Positions 48,695 to 59,056 are shown, counted from the first letter of the stretch. The stretch: DNA of 64,000 nucleotides from an uncultured bacterium (GCA_963843795.1 CAWJLW010000006.1:1302001-1366000); one strand, 5' to 3'. Translations and numbers: made by a program. Notes: a model not told the origin generated them from the letters alone.

Positions 48695-50155
48695 ATGGCA
48701 AGCCATCAATTTCTGTGGACGAATGCGATGATTGCGGGCGCAGCCGCGCTGCAAGTACTTGCAGGCGCACCCGCTCAAGGAGCCGAGATGAACAAGACGC
48801 CCAACGTCGTGCTGATTTATACCGACGATCAAGGTTATGCCGATTTGGGAAGCTTCGGCGCGCAGGGATTCCAAACGCCCAACATCGACCAAATGGCGCG
48901 CGAAGGTCGGCGCTTCAGCGATTTTCACGTCGCGCAACCGATTTGCTCAGCGTCGCGTGCCTCGCTGCTCACCGGCTGTTATCCCAATCGCATCGGCATC
49001 AACGGCGCGCTGAGTCCGCATAGCAAAATCGGCATTAGCCAAAATGAAACCACGCTGGCGCAATTGTTCAAAAAACAAGGCTACGCGACCGGCATGATTG
49101 GCAAATGGCATCTGGGCGATGCGCCACAATTTCTGCCCACCAATCGCGGTTTCGATTCTTATTTTGGAATTCCGTATTCGCACGATATGTGGCCGCTTCA
49201 TCCGCAAACGCCCAAAGCTTATCCGCCGCTGCCATTGATGGAAAACACAAGCGTCGTCAATCCCGATTTGCAGCCCGCCGATTTGGAACAACTCACCACC
49301 AACTACACCAAGCACGCGGTTGATTTTATCGACCAGAATCGTGACAAGGCGTTTTTCTTGTATCTCGCTCACAACCTGCCGCACGTGCCGCTTTTCGTGA
49401 GTGAAAAATTCAAGGGCAAATCGGAAAAGGGGCTTTACGGTGATGTTATCGAAGAAATCGACTGGTCGGTCGGCGAAGTCAATAAAGCCTTGAAACGCAA
49501 CCATTTGGACGAGAATACGATTGTGATTTTCGCGTCCGATAACGGCCCGTGGCTCAGCTACGGCGAACACGCCGGTTCGGCGTATCCGTTGCGCGAAGGC
49601 AAGGGCACGTCGTGGGAAGGCGGCACGCGCGTTCCGTGCGTGATGCGCTGGCCCGGACACATTCCCGCGAATACGGTGTGCGACGATATGCTGATGACCA
49701 TTGACATCTTGCCCACTTTGGCCAAAATTATCGGTGCGCCTTTGCCCGAAACCGCAATCGATGGACTCGATGTATGGCCGCTTTTGTCGGGCGCAGCAGG
49801 TGCTCAGAATCCGCACGACGCTTATTATTTCTACTACGAAAATAATCAGTTGCAAGCCGTGACAAGTGGCGATGGCCGCTGGAAAATGGTGTTGCCGCAC
49901 ACTTATCGCACACTCAATGGCCGTGAAGGCCGCGACGACGGATTGCCCATCAATTACGAACAAGTCCAACTCAAAAAGCCCGAACTTTACGATTTGCGCG
50001 CAGACCAAGGCGAAGCGCGCAATGTCGCTGAGGAAAATCCGAATATCGTCGCGCAGTTGCAAATCGCAGCCGAAAAAGCGCGCACCGAACTTGGCGATGC
50101 GCTGACCAATCGTATAGGAAGCGGGGTGCGAGGGGTAGGAAGGACCAGCGAGTAA
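48695..50155 (+). CDS. Arylsulfatase A-like sulfatase (CSASR)
   Basis: 'YTDDQGY', 'CSASRASLLTG', 'GKWHLG', 'PYSHDM' and 'SDNGPW'. Confidence 0.92.
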   Translation: MASHQFLWTNAMIAGAAALQVLAGAPAQGAEMNKTPNVVLIYTDDQGYADLGSFGAQGFQTPNIDQMAREGRRFSDFHVAQPICSASRASLLTGCYPNRIGINGALSPHSKIGISQNETTLAQLFKKQGYATGMIGKWHLGDAPQFLPTNRGFDSYFGIPYSHDMWPLHPQTPKAYPPLPLMENTSVVNPDLQPADLEQLTTNYTKHAVDFIDQNRDKAFFLYLAHNLPHVPLFVSEKFKGKSEKGLYGDVIEEIDWSVGEVNKALKRNHLDENTIVIFASDNGPWLSYGEHAGSAYPLREGKGTSWEGGTRVPCVMRWPGHIPANTVCDDMLMTIDILPTLAKIIGAPLPETAIDGLDVWPLLSGAAGAQNPHDAYYFYYENNQLQAVTSGDGRWKMVLPHTYRTLNGREGRDDGLPINYEQVQLKKPELYDLRADQGEARNVAEENPNIVAQLQIAAEKARTELGDALTNRIGSGVRGVGRTSE

Positions 50156-50284
50156 CATCAAATACACGAAACAGATAGCTTAGAATATTCACAGCGGAAT
50201 GAACGTAGATAATTAGTTCTGTATAAAACTATTATTGGAAAACTGACTCTAACTCCTGTATCGGGTCGGAATTGGGAGAGAACT

Positions 50285-50893
50285 ATGACTATCGGCGATG
50301 TGTTGGCGATGATTGCGGGAGTGTCGGCGTTGTGTTTTTCGGTGTGGTCGCTCCTCATGGGCGGCACGCTGTTATTTCCTGCGCGCGCTGAAACTGCGCG
50401 CACGCGCTTGGAAAACACGCCCTTGCACGCCCTGGGAACCGGCGTGTTAATGGTAGCCGTTGGTGGCGCGGGCGGCTTGGTTCTAATTAATCAACCCAAC
50501 GGTTTATTGAAGTTATTTGGTTGGGTTCTGCTATTGGGCTTGCTGACAATGGGCGCATTGGGCGGCACCGGATTCGTCTTGCTGGCGGGCGAGCGCGCGC
50601 GCCAATTCGATGCGGAGCTTTCAACTTTTACCGCGTGCCGACGTGGTGCGGCTTTAATTGTCGTGGCCGCGCTGACACCGTTGGTCGGCTGGTTTTTAGT
50701 CGCGCCCTTGCTAATTATTAGTTCGCTGGGCGCGGGCCTGTATTCGTTTCTCCGTCGCAAGGAAAGCATTGCCATCTCCGATAATCCTGCGCCCACGAAA
50801 ACTGTCGCGCCGCTTGAAGTTACGAAGCCGGATGAGCCAGCAGAAATTGCGAATCCCGAAAGCTCGGTTTCCAGTTTGGAGGCGACGTTTTGA
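50285..50893 (+). CDS. Hypothetical integral membrane protein
   Basis: About five hydrophobic segments; GGAG RBS; coupled to the next gene by a TTGA overlap. Confidence 0.75.
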   Translation: MTIGDVLAMIAGVSALCFSVWSLLMGGTLLFPARAETARTRLENTPLHALGTGVLMVAVGGAGGLVLINQPNGLLKLFGWVLLLGLLTMGALGGTGFVLLAGERARQFDAELSTFTACRRGAALIVVAALTPLVGWFLVAPLLIISSLGAGLYSFLRRKESIAISDNPAPTKTVAPLEVTKPDEPAEIANPESSVSSLEATF

Positions 50894-52408
50894 GCCAAGA
50901 AAACCGTGATCGAGTCGGGCGGCGTGATTTGCTGCGCGGCGGTGCGCTGGTCGGTGCGGGCGCGCTGTTATCGGGCTGTTCTCGGGTGATTCGTCGTTAT
51001 ACCGCTCCCGAAACTCCCGCTTCAGTTGCGCTGCCAACCGGTAACGTCGAGCCGATTGCGCGTTTGCTGCATCGCACCGGCTTTGGCCCGACGCCGGGCG
51101 AAATTGCGCGCGTGAAAGATTTGGGCGTCGAAAAATACGTCGAAGAACAATTGCATCCCAACGACCAAGAAAGCACGCTGCTGAGTTTGCGTTTGCGCGG
51201 TATTGAAGCGTTGCGCGGCGATGCGATGGATTTGCAGAATTTCAAAGAGCGCGAAGTGCTGCAACAATTACAGCAAGCGACGATTCTGCGCGCGGTTTAC
51301 AGTCGCCACCAACTGCGCGAGCGCATGGTCGATTTTTGGAGCAACCATTTCAATATCTACGCGCACGAAGGCCATCGCACTTTTTACAAGCCGATGGATG
51401 AATTTGGCGTGGTGCGCAAACACGCGCTGGGCAAATTTCCCGCACTGCTGAATGCGTCGGCGCACAGTCCGGCGATGCTGTTTTATCTCAACAACGACGC
51501 TAATAAAAGCGGCGTGCCGAACGAAAACTACGCGCGCGAACTGATGGAATTGCACACTATGGGCGTGCATGGCGGCTACACACAAAAAGACGTTTTGGAA
51601 GTCGCGCGCTGCTTCACCGGCTGGACGGTCGAAAGCCGTTTTTTGCGTAAGCGCGGCACGTTTTTCTTCGATGCCAGCCGTCATGATAACGGCGCCAAAA
51701 CTGTGCTCGGAACGCGCATTCTGCCCGGCGGCGGCGAAAAAGACGCGCAGCAAGTACTTGCGCTCTTGTCCAAACATCCCGCGACCGCGCGCTTTATCAG
51801 CAGCAAAATCAGTCGTTATTTTCTGGGCGATGATGAGGGCAAATACACCGCAAAACTTGACGAAGATTTACCAAGAAACCGATGGCGATATCGTCGAAAT
51901 GCTGCGCCCGCTGTTGTTGTCGGATGAATTGCGCGATTCTCCGCCAATCTTGAAGCGGCCATTTGATTACATGGTTTCCTCGTTGCGCGCGCTCAATGCT
52001 GATACCGATGGCGGCGCGGGCGTGCAAGAACATCTGCGGCGCATGGGGCAGCCGTTGTACCAGTGGCCGATGCCCGATGGTTATCCCGACCGCACTGCGG
52101 CGTGGACGGGTTCGCTCTTAGCGCGCTGGAATTTCGCCCTCGATTTGGCTTCGGGCGGCGTAAATGGAACCAGCATCGACTTGCCCAAACTGCTGAATTC
52201 GACGCCCAAAGCGCAACAAACCCAAGCGTTGCGCGAAATCGTTTTCGCGCAACGCGACAATAATGATGCGCCACATTTTCAGCGCGCCTTAGGTGAGATG
52301 AAAAGTGCACGCAAGTACTTGCAGCCCGCTGTGAAGGTCGACGACGATGTGTCTTTGAAAGAAAACGCGGCGTTGTTATTGGCATCGCCGGAATTTCAAT
52401 GGCGCTAA
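50890..52408 (+). pseudogene. DUF1800 family protein split by a +1 frameshift near 51857
   Basis: 'QLRERMVDFWSNHF' and 'NENYARELMELHTMG' are in one frame; 'TDGDI..LKRP..GQPLYQWPMPDGY..SPEFQWR' are in the next. It may be a sequencing error. Confidence 0.75.
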
Positions 52409-52425
52409 AAATAGCGGGAAATCTT

Positions 52426-53817
52426 ATGAAATCGAACTGGTGTAGTTGCGATGGCTACGGTCACACCGACGCCAAAAATTATCAAGTGCCGCGTCACATT
52501 CAAACCGCCGCGCCCGCATCGAGTGGCTTGAGTTTCTCGCGGCGTCAGGCTCTGTTTGGTGTTGGCATGGGCGCGATTGCGTGGGCCGCACGCCCGACGA
52601 CGGCGCTCGCCGATTTGGTGGTGAATGCCCAAGCGGGCGAACGCCCGCACGATATTTTGGTGACGGTTTTCATGCGCGGTGGCGCTGATGGTCTGAATAT
52701 CGTTGTGCCGTATGGTGACGACGATTACGGGCGCAACCGCCCGACAATCGGCATCGCCGCACCGCGTTCGACGCGCGCCTTAGGCGAGCGCGCTTTGGAT
52801 TTGGACGGATTTTTCGGCCTTCATCCTTCGCTCGCGCCGTTGCAAAGTTTGTATGGCGATGGCTTGATGTCATTCGTGCACGCGTGCGGTTCCGGCGATG
52901 GCTCGCGTTCGCACTTCGAGGCGATGTCGGCGATGGAGCGCGGGCTGCGCGATGATCGCGGCAGCGCGACCAGCGGTTGGCTGGCGCGCCACCTGACCGC
53001 CACGCGCAACGAGGGCGATTCGCCCCTGCGCGCCATTGCTTTCGGCAGCACCATGCCCGATTCTCTGCGCGGCGCGACCGGCGCTTCCGCTCTCGATTCT
53101 CTGGATGATTTTCGTCTGCACGCGCCCGCTGCGGCGCAAAAATCTGGAGATTTGGCCCAAAAGGGCGAGCAGCATTTGCGGCGCGCGCTGGCCGAATTGT
53201 ATTGCCAAAACGGCGATGCGGTCGCGCACGCGGGACGCGAAACGCTGGCGGTTTTAAATTCGCTGAACGCATTAGCGCCCGCGGATTACAAGCCCGAACA
53301 TGGCGCGACTTATCCCGAAAGCGATTTGGGGCGCGGCTTGAAGCAAGTTGCGCTGCTGGCCAAAGGCGATGTCGGATTGGAAGTCGCGTGTCTCGATCAC
53401 GGCGGCTGGGACACGCACGTCGCGCAAACCGGAACCGGCGGCACGATGGGGCTTTTATTGAACGATTTGGCAACTTCGCTGGCCGCTTTCGCGCGCGATA
53501 TGGGACCGCAAATGAAACGCACAACCGTCGTCGTGATGACCGAATTCGGGCGGCGCTTGCAGGAAAACAGCGGCTTGGGCACCGATCATGGGCGCGCGGG
53601 CGTGATGATGTTGCTGGGCCAAAACGTTAAAGGCGGCAAAGTTTTCGCAAAATGGCCGGGCTTGAAAGACGAACAGTTAGAGCCGCCCGGCGATTTACGC
53701 GTCACGACCGATTATCGCGATGTGCTTTCCGAAATCGTCGCGCATCGCTTACATAATCCCGATGTGAACAACGTCTTTCCGGGCCACCAACCGCACGCGA
53801 GCGGTTTTGTGCTTTGA
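52426..53817 (+). CDS. DUF1501 family protein (Tat-like leader)
   Basis: 'FMRGGADGLN', 'RSHF', 'GGWDTH' and 'TEFGRR..ENSGLGTDHG'; the usual partner of DUF1800. Confidence 0.88.
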   Translation: MKSNWCSCDGYGHTDAKNYQVPRHIQTAAPASSGLSFSRRQALFGVGMGAIAWAARPTTALADLVVNAQAGERPHDILVTVFMRGGADGLNIVVPYGDDDYGRNRPTIGIAAPRSTRALGERALDLDGFFGLHPSLAPLQSLYGDGLMSFVHACGSGDGSRSHFEAMSAMERGLRDDRGSATSGWLARHLTATRNEGDSPLRAIAFGSTMPDSLRGATGASALDSLDDFRLHAPAAAQKSGDLAQKGEQHLRRALAELYCQNGDAVAHAGRETLAVLNSLNALAPADYKPEHGATYPESDLGRGLKQVALLAKGDVGLEVACLDHGGWDTHVAQTGTGGTMGLLLNDLATSLAAFARDMGPQMKRTTVVVMTEFGRRLQENSGLGTDHGRAGVMMLLGQNVKGGKVFAKWPGLKDEQLEPPGDLRVTTDYRDVLSEIVAHRLHNPDVNNVFPGHQPHASGFVL

Positions 53818-53873
53818 TTAGGTGAAACGTCAAACGCGCCGCTCCCAAATTTGGGAACGGCGGGTTTTGGCAT

Positions 53874-53889
53874 CTGCAAGTACTTGCAG
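53874..53889. repeat. Palindrome copy between convergent genes
   Basis: CTGCAAGTACTTGCAG. Confidence 0.9.
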
Positions 53890-53893
53890 CCTA

Positions 53894-55882
53894 TTAATTG
53901 GCGCGCGTGATTTCCAATGCGCTGATTTTAGCGTTTTGGTCGGGGCTGTTGGGCGCGGCGCTGATGCGAATTGTCAAGTTGCCGTTCGCATCGGGCGCGA
54001 TGTTATTGAAATTTTTGACCAGCGCTTTGTTTTGTCCGGCTTCGCGGGCGATGTCGAGATTGTTCAATACGCGTTGGCCGTTGATGTCGATGTTTTCCAA
54101 GCGTTGGCCGATTTTGTCTTCGAAAATTTCCGCGAAGTGCAAGCGAACGTTGTAGCGATTCGTTTTGGGCACAGCGAAAACGAAGCTGAAATCGTGGCCG
54201 TAGCGTTCACTTTGGTAAATCGCTTCGGGCGCGGCGTTGGGTGCGCTCACATCGACGCGATTCCGGTTAGAATTGGTCGCGCCGTATTCGATATTCGGGT
54301 CGGGCACGAAGCCCGCGACGGCGATTTCGGAGCCCGCGACGACGCGAATGGGCAACGGCAAAACGACCAATTTGCGGATTGGCGTCGGAAACGGTCGCGC
54401 AAGTACTTGCGGGGCGCGATTCAAGGTTTGTAGCACGAACTCGCCGAACAACGTGTTGGCCCACGCGAACCACGAGCGCGTGTAACGGTTCGGGTTGTTT
54501 TTGTTGAACGATTCGTGCATGAAACCGGTATTGGCGTGCGTGGCTTTGAGCGTTTTCAGGCTTGAAGTCACTTCGGAAACGGAAGTGCTGGTCAGGCCAT
54601 ACATAATCAGGCTCATCGGCCAAATCATATCTTTGCCGACGTGCGGGCCGCCGACGCCAGAATATTTTCCCTCGAAAAACCACGGATTATCTTTGCTCCA
54701 CACGAAGCGCCGCGTGTTCTGATAAGTGCGATCCTTGACTGAAAGCGCGCCCAGATACGGCAGCGAAAGCAAGTCGGGCACATTCGAATCGTCCATCAAG
54801 GAAACGTGGCCCAAACCGTCGATTTCATACGCGTATATCGTTCCGCGCGTCGGATGTTTTTGCTTGGCGTACTGCTTCAACGCGCGCTCGACTTCGTTTG
54901 CTAAGGCCGTCGCTTGCGCGGCCTTTTGCGGATTGTGGCGCACTTTGTTGAGCAAAATCGCCATTTGGCGCAGCGAAGTGACGGCGAAGAAGTTGGAGGG
55001 AATTAGGAATTGATAAGTTGTTTCGTCATCCGAAGGGCGGAAGCGCGAGCAAATTAATCCGATGGGCTTCACCGGCGAACCGTAAAGTTCGGGCGCGCCT
55101 TCTGCGGGGCGCGGGCCGCCGCGTTTGAAAGCGTAAGGGCCATTGCCGTTTTTGCGCTGCTGCTCGCGAAAGGTGCGCAGAATGGCGTCCATCCCGGCTT
55201 CCCATTCGGCATCGAAGGGCGAACTGTCGCCGCTTTGCTGCCAGTAGCCATACGCCAAACGCAGCGGATAACACAGCGAATCGACTTCCCATTTGCGCTC
55301 GTGAACGCCCGCTTTCATTTCGGTGTAATCGCGGCTCCATTCGCTGTGGCCATTTTCATCAGCCAGAAACGCGTTCGCGTAAGGGTCGAGCAGAATGCAT
55401 TTCACCTGACGCCGAATCACGCCCTGAATCATGCGCGCCAATTTCGGGTCGCGCTTCACGAGTGGCAAATAGGGCCACACCTGCGCCGAAGAATCGCGCA
55501 GCCACATCGCGTCGATGTCGCCAGTAATTACGAACGTATCCGGCTGAGCACCATCGGTAAATGTGACGGTCGTATCGAGCGTGTTCGGATAACAATTTTC
55601 GAAAAGCCACGCGACTTCTTTATCACCAATGCGGCGTTTGGCGTTACGAATAGTTTCCTCAACGGCGGACGAAGTGAAGCGCCGATCTGCCAACGCCGGA
55701 CGTTTGAAAACGAAGGTTTCGAGATTTGAATTTGTGACCGTCGCGCTTTGGGCCAGCACTTTTTCGAGCGAGCCAGTCGTCAGACCAGCGAGCGAAAACG
55801 CCGCCGCGCTTTGCAAAAGCGTGCGCCGCGAAAGAGAAAAGTCGGAATCGGATGCGGAATGGTCGGGCTTGTGTTGAGTCAT
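53894..55882 (-). CDS. GH125 exo-alpha-mannosidase with C-terminal malectin domain, Tat-exported
   Basis: 'SRRTLLQ', 'NTLDTT', 'ITGDIDAMWLRDS', 'ERKWEVDSL' and 'FAWANTLF'; malectin 'YQSERYG...VRLHFAEI'. Confidence 0.9.
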   Translation of the reverse strand: MTQHKPDHSASDSDFSLSRRTLLQSAAAFSLAGLTTGSLEKVLAQSATVTNSNLETFVFKRPALADRRFTSSAVEETIRNAKRRIGDKEVAWLFENCYPNTLDTTVTFTDGAQPDTFVITGDIDAMWLRDSSAQVWPYLPLVKRDPKLARMIQGVIRRQVKCILLDPYANAFLADENGHSEWSRDYTEMKAGVHERKWEVDSLCYPLRLAYGYWQQSGDSSPFDAEWEAGMDAILRTFREQQRKNGNGPYAFKRGGPRPAEGAPELYGSPVKPIGLICSRFRPSDDETTYQFLIPSNFFAVTSLRQMAILLNKVRHNPQKAAQATALANEVERALKQYAKQKHPTRGTIYAYEIDGLGHVSLMDDSNVPDLLSLPYLGALSVKDRTYQNTRRFVWSKDNPWFFEGKYSGVGGPHVGKDMIWPMSLIMYGLTSTSVSEVTSSLKTLKATHANTGFMHESFNKNNPNRYTRSWFAWANTLFGEFVLQTLNRAPQVLARPFPTPIRKLVVLPLPIRVVAGSEIAVAGFVPDPNIEYGATNSNRNRVDVSAPNAAPEAIYQSERYGHDFSFVFAVPKTNRYNVRLHFAEIFEDKIGQRLENIDINGQRVLNNLDIAREAGQNKALVKNFNNIAPDANGNLTIRISAAPNSPDQNAKISALEITRAN

Positions 55883-55896
55883 TTTGGCTCCTGTTG

Positions 55897-55964
55897 TGTT
55901 GCAAGTACTTGCAACATATATTCAGACAAAAAATGGCCGCTGCAAGTACTTGCAGCGGCCATTT
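55897..55964. repeat. Two palindrome copies (55897-55916; 34-bp perfect at 55931-55964)
   Basis: TGTTGCAAGTACTTGCAACA and AAATGGCCGCTGCAAGTACTTGCAGCGGCCATTT. Confidence 0.93.
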
Positions 55965-55977
55965 CGATGGGGAATTT

Positions 55978-58788
55978 CTATTCGGCTTTGGTAATTTCCA
56001 GTCCGCTAATTTTGGCGTTCTGATCGCGACTGCCAGAAGCGGCGCTAACGCGAATGATAATTTTGCCGTCTTGGGCGGCAACGTTATTAAATTCTTTGAC
56101 CAGCGCTTTGTTTTGTCCGGCTTCACGGGCGATATCGAGATTATTCAAAACGCGCTTGCCGTTAATATCTACATTTTCGATACGCTCGCCAACTTGCGCC
56201 TCGAAAATCTCCGCGAAGTGCAGACGAATGTTGTAACGACCATCTTGCGGAACGGGGAAAGCGAACGAGTAATCCGATCCGTAAAGTTCGCTTTGATAAA
56301 CTTTTTCGGGCGCGGCACCCGGCGCGCTGACATCAATGCGATTGTTATTTGCATTAGTTGCGCCTTCCATCATGTTGGGGTCGGAAACCCAGTTGCCAAT
56401 CGGATCGCTTGTCCCAGCGGCGACGCGAATGGGCAATTGCAAAATTATCGGCTTGTTGTTGGAAGGTTCTGGTAGAGCAGCGTAGCGATAATCGCTCGGC
56501 ATGCCTGAAGGCGGACGATTGGCTGGAGCGCTGCCCCACGTTACGTTGGGTTTCGATCCCATCGTCAGGCGCAATTGACCGCCGTTAGCAATTTCGTCTT
56601 GCGTAATCCACGAGCGATTCAACCTCTGGCCGTTCAGCATCGCCGATTGAATGTAAAGGTTTTGTGGTGAATTGTTGGCTGCGATGACGGTGAACTTTTT
56701 GCCGCCGTATTTCTTTTTGTCCAAATTCAACGTCGCACGGCTCAAGCGCGGGCTACCGATGGAATAAATGCCGCCGACCGGATTGGTCGGATAAATTCCC
56801 ATCGCGCTGAACACATACCAGGCCGACATCTGGCCGCAATCGTTGTTGCCCGATTGACCGTCCGGCTGGTCGCTATACAGCGTGTCCATAATCTGGCGCA
56901 CGCGCATCTGAGTGCGCCACGGCGCGCCCGCGTAAGCATATAAATACGCGACGTGATGAACCGGTTCGTTGCCGTGCGCATACTGACCAATCAGGCCGGT
57001 GATGTCGGGAATGTTGGCAATGACATCGTCTTTTTCGTTGAACAGAGTTTCCAGTTTGCCGATGAACTCCGCGTCGCCGCCCATAATTTTCACCAGTCCG
57101 GGCGAATCTTGCATGGCCGTCCATGAATACTGCCACGCGTTGGCTTCGGTGTAATCGGCCCACACTAATTGCTTCGGATTGAACGGGCGACGCCACGAGC
57201 CATCGGCTTTGCGTCCGCGCATGAAACCGGTCGTTGCGTCGAACACGTTACGATAATTGGTCGCGCGCTTCAGGAACATTTCGGCGTCTTCGGTGTGGCC
57301 CAAAGCTTTGGCCAATTGCGCGATGCACCAATCGTCATAGGCGAATTCCAAAGTGCGCGAAACCGATTGTTTCTGGCCCGCGTTGGCCGAAACCACGTAG
57401 CCTAATTTCTGGTATTCGCCCTGACCGTTGCGATCTTGCATCGCGGTCGTTTTCAGGGCTTGATAAAGCGCTTCGGCGTCGAAACCGCGAAAACCTTTAA
57501 GATAGGCATCGGCGATAACCGGAGCCGAATGGTAACCGATCATCGTGCCGGTTTCGTTGCCCCACAACGGCCAGACCGGCATTTCTTTGCGGTCGCGCTG
57601 CTGATAATGCCACAGCATCGACTGCACCATATCGGGCACGCGATTCGGTTGCACGAGAGTCAAAAGCGGATGCTCGGCGCGGAAAGTGTCCCACAGCGAA
57701 AGCGTGGTGTAATTGTCCATGCCTGCACCTTTGTGGTTTTTTTTGTCTAAGCCGCGATAAGTTTTATCGACATCATTGAACAATACGGGCGCGAGCATCG
57801 AAAGATACAGGTTCGAATAAAAGGTGCGGCGCACTTTCGGGTCGTCAGTTTCAACGCTGACTGCACTCAGTGCGTCGCTCCATTGAGCGGCAGCTTTGGC
57901 GCGCACACCATCGAAATTCCAGTCGGGCAATTCGGCTTTCAGGTTTTTGCGTGCACCTTCGACGCTCGTACCCGAGATGCCAACTCTGACACCAATGATT
58001 TCATCAGCAATCGTTTTGTAGCTCACGAACGCTTTGACCGCTTTGCCGGTCGCGTCTTGGGCATCAGCCGCCAAACGCACGCCGTCTCTCTCGATGCCAT
58101 ACGAAGCGAAAGGTTTGGAGAATTCCATCACGAAATAAATATCGCGACGACCGCCCCAACCGTTCGAAGTGCGTGTGCCGCTGATGGTGCGATTGTTCTC
58201 GAATTTCAGAGAACTTTCGATGACCGAATTGCCGACGCCGTGCTCCAAATCAAGAATGATGTGGGCCGCGTCCGAAGCGGGGAAAGTGTATTTGTGGAAG
58301 CCGGCTCGCGCGGTGGCGGTCATTTCGGCCAGCACTTTGGGGTCTTGCAAATATGCGCGATAATAGCCCGGTTTGGCAATTTCCTGCGCGTGCGAAAAGC
58401 GCGATGCGTAACCGGCTTCGCCTTTGAGCGGATCGCCCACATTAAGCTGAATCGCGCCGACGGTCGGCATCAAAAGCACGTCGCCCAAGCCACCAACGCC
58501 TGTTCCCGAAAGATGCGTGTGACTGAAACCCTGAATCACCGAATCGGAATAATGATAGCCCGACGAACCGTCCCAGCCTTGCAGCGGCGTGTCGGGGCTG
58601 AGCTGCACCATGCCAAATGGTACGGTCGCGCCCGGATAAGTGTGACCATGCTCGGCAGTGCCGACGAACGGATTGACGCTTTCAAACGGCGTTGGCGCGG
58701 CGGCCCATAGAGGCTGCGGCGCAAAAGCGGCGGTAGCGCACAATAGCGAAACACCGGGAAGAAGAAACGATTTGACAGACAATTTCAT
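55978..58788 (-). CDS. GH92 alpha-mannosidase with C-terminal malectin domain
   Basis: 'HGHTYPGATVPFGMVQLSPDT', 'FSHTHLSGTG', 'SLWDTFR', 'HGNEP' and 'GNNDCGQMSAWY'; malectin tail. Confidence 0.93.
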   Translation of the reverse strand: MKLSVKSFLLPGVSLLCATAAFAPQPLWAAAPTPFESVNPFVGTAEHGHTYPGATVPFGMVQLSPDTPLQGWDGSSGYHYSDSVIQGFSHTHLSGTGVGGLGDVLLMPTVGAIQLNVGDPLKGEAGYASRFSHAQEIAKPGYYRAYLQDPKVLAEMTATARAGFHKYTFPASDAAHIILDLEHGVGNSVIESSLKFENNRTISGTRTSNGWGGRRDIYFVMEFSKPFASYGIERDGVRLAADAQDATGKAVKAFVSYKTIADEIIGVRVGISGTSVEGARKNLKAELPDWNFDGVRAKAAAQWSDALSAVSVETDDPKVRRTFYSNLYLSMLAPVLFNDVDKTYRGLDKKNHKGAGMDNYTTLSLWDTFRAEHPLLTLVQPNRVPDMVQSMLWHYQQRDRKEMPVWPLWGNETGTMIGYHSAPVIADAYLKGFRGFDAEALYQALKTTAMQDRNGQGEYQKLGYVVSANAGQKQSVSRTLEFAYDDWCIAQLAKALGHTEDAEMFLKRATNYRNVFDATTGFMRGRKADGSWRRPFNPKQLVWADYTEANAWQYSWTAMQDSPGLVKIMGGDAEFIGKLETLFNEKDDVIANIPDITGLIGQYAHGNEPVHHVAYLYAYAGAPWRTQMRVRQIMDTLYSDQPDGQSGNNDCGQMSAWYVFSAMGIYPTNPVGGIYSIGSPRLSRATLNLDKKKYGGKKFTVIAANNSPQNLYIQSAMLNGQRLNRSWITQDEIANGGQLRLTMGSKPNVTWGSAPANRPPSGMPSDYRYAALPEPSNNKPIILQLPIRVAAGTSDPIGNWVSDPNMMEGATNANNNRIDVSAPGAAPEKVYQSELYGSDYSFAFPVPQDGRYNIRLHFAEIFEAQVGERIENVDINGKRVLNNLDIAREAGQNKALVKEFNNVAAQDGKIIIRVSAASGSRDQNAKISGLEITKAE

Positions 58789-58831
58789 AAAGATGGCTCC
58801 ATTTGCGGCACGATTCGACTGGGGTTACGAC

Positions 58832-58867
58832 ACAATTTGCTCTGCAAGTACTTGCAGGGCAAATTGT
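58832..58867. repeat. 36-bp near-perfect palindrome upstream of GH92
   Basis: ACAATTTGCTCTGCAAGTACTTGCAGGGCAAATTGT. Confidence 0.9.
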
Positions 58868-59001
58868 TGAGGGATTTTGGGGAGCTGAGTCGATTTTAAA
58901 CGCTTTTTACAGCCTCATTCACCGGTGTTGCCCGAAATTTTCCACAAGGTTAAATCTGGAATTTTTAACTGGCAAGTATTTGCATTCCGCAATTACTAAT
59001 A

Positions 59002-59048
59002 ACCCGCAGAGTAAGTGCAAAGACTTGTCGTTGCACTTACTTGCGGGT
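59002..59048 (-). terminator. Stem-loop after the ABC importer operon
   Basis: ACCCGCAGAGTAAGTGCAA-loop-TTGCACTTACTTGCGGGT. Confidence 0.7.
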
Positions 59049-59056
59049 GTAGAAAA

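Noticed and set aside
46062..50167. Long antisense ORFs (536 aa, 406 aa) and similar shadows over rpoC and other genes
   Set aside because: They lie opposite well-supported genes, have no recognisable motifs and are expected from codon bias.
51850..51870. prfB-like programmed frameshift at CTTGA
   Set aside because: There is no in-frame stop after CTT (it reads CTT GAC) and no upstream SD-like element; mutation or error is more likely.
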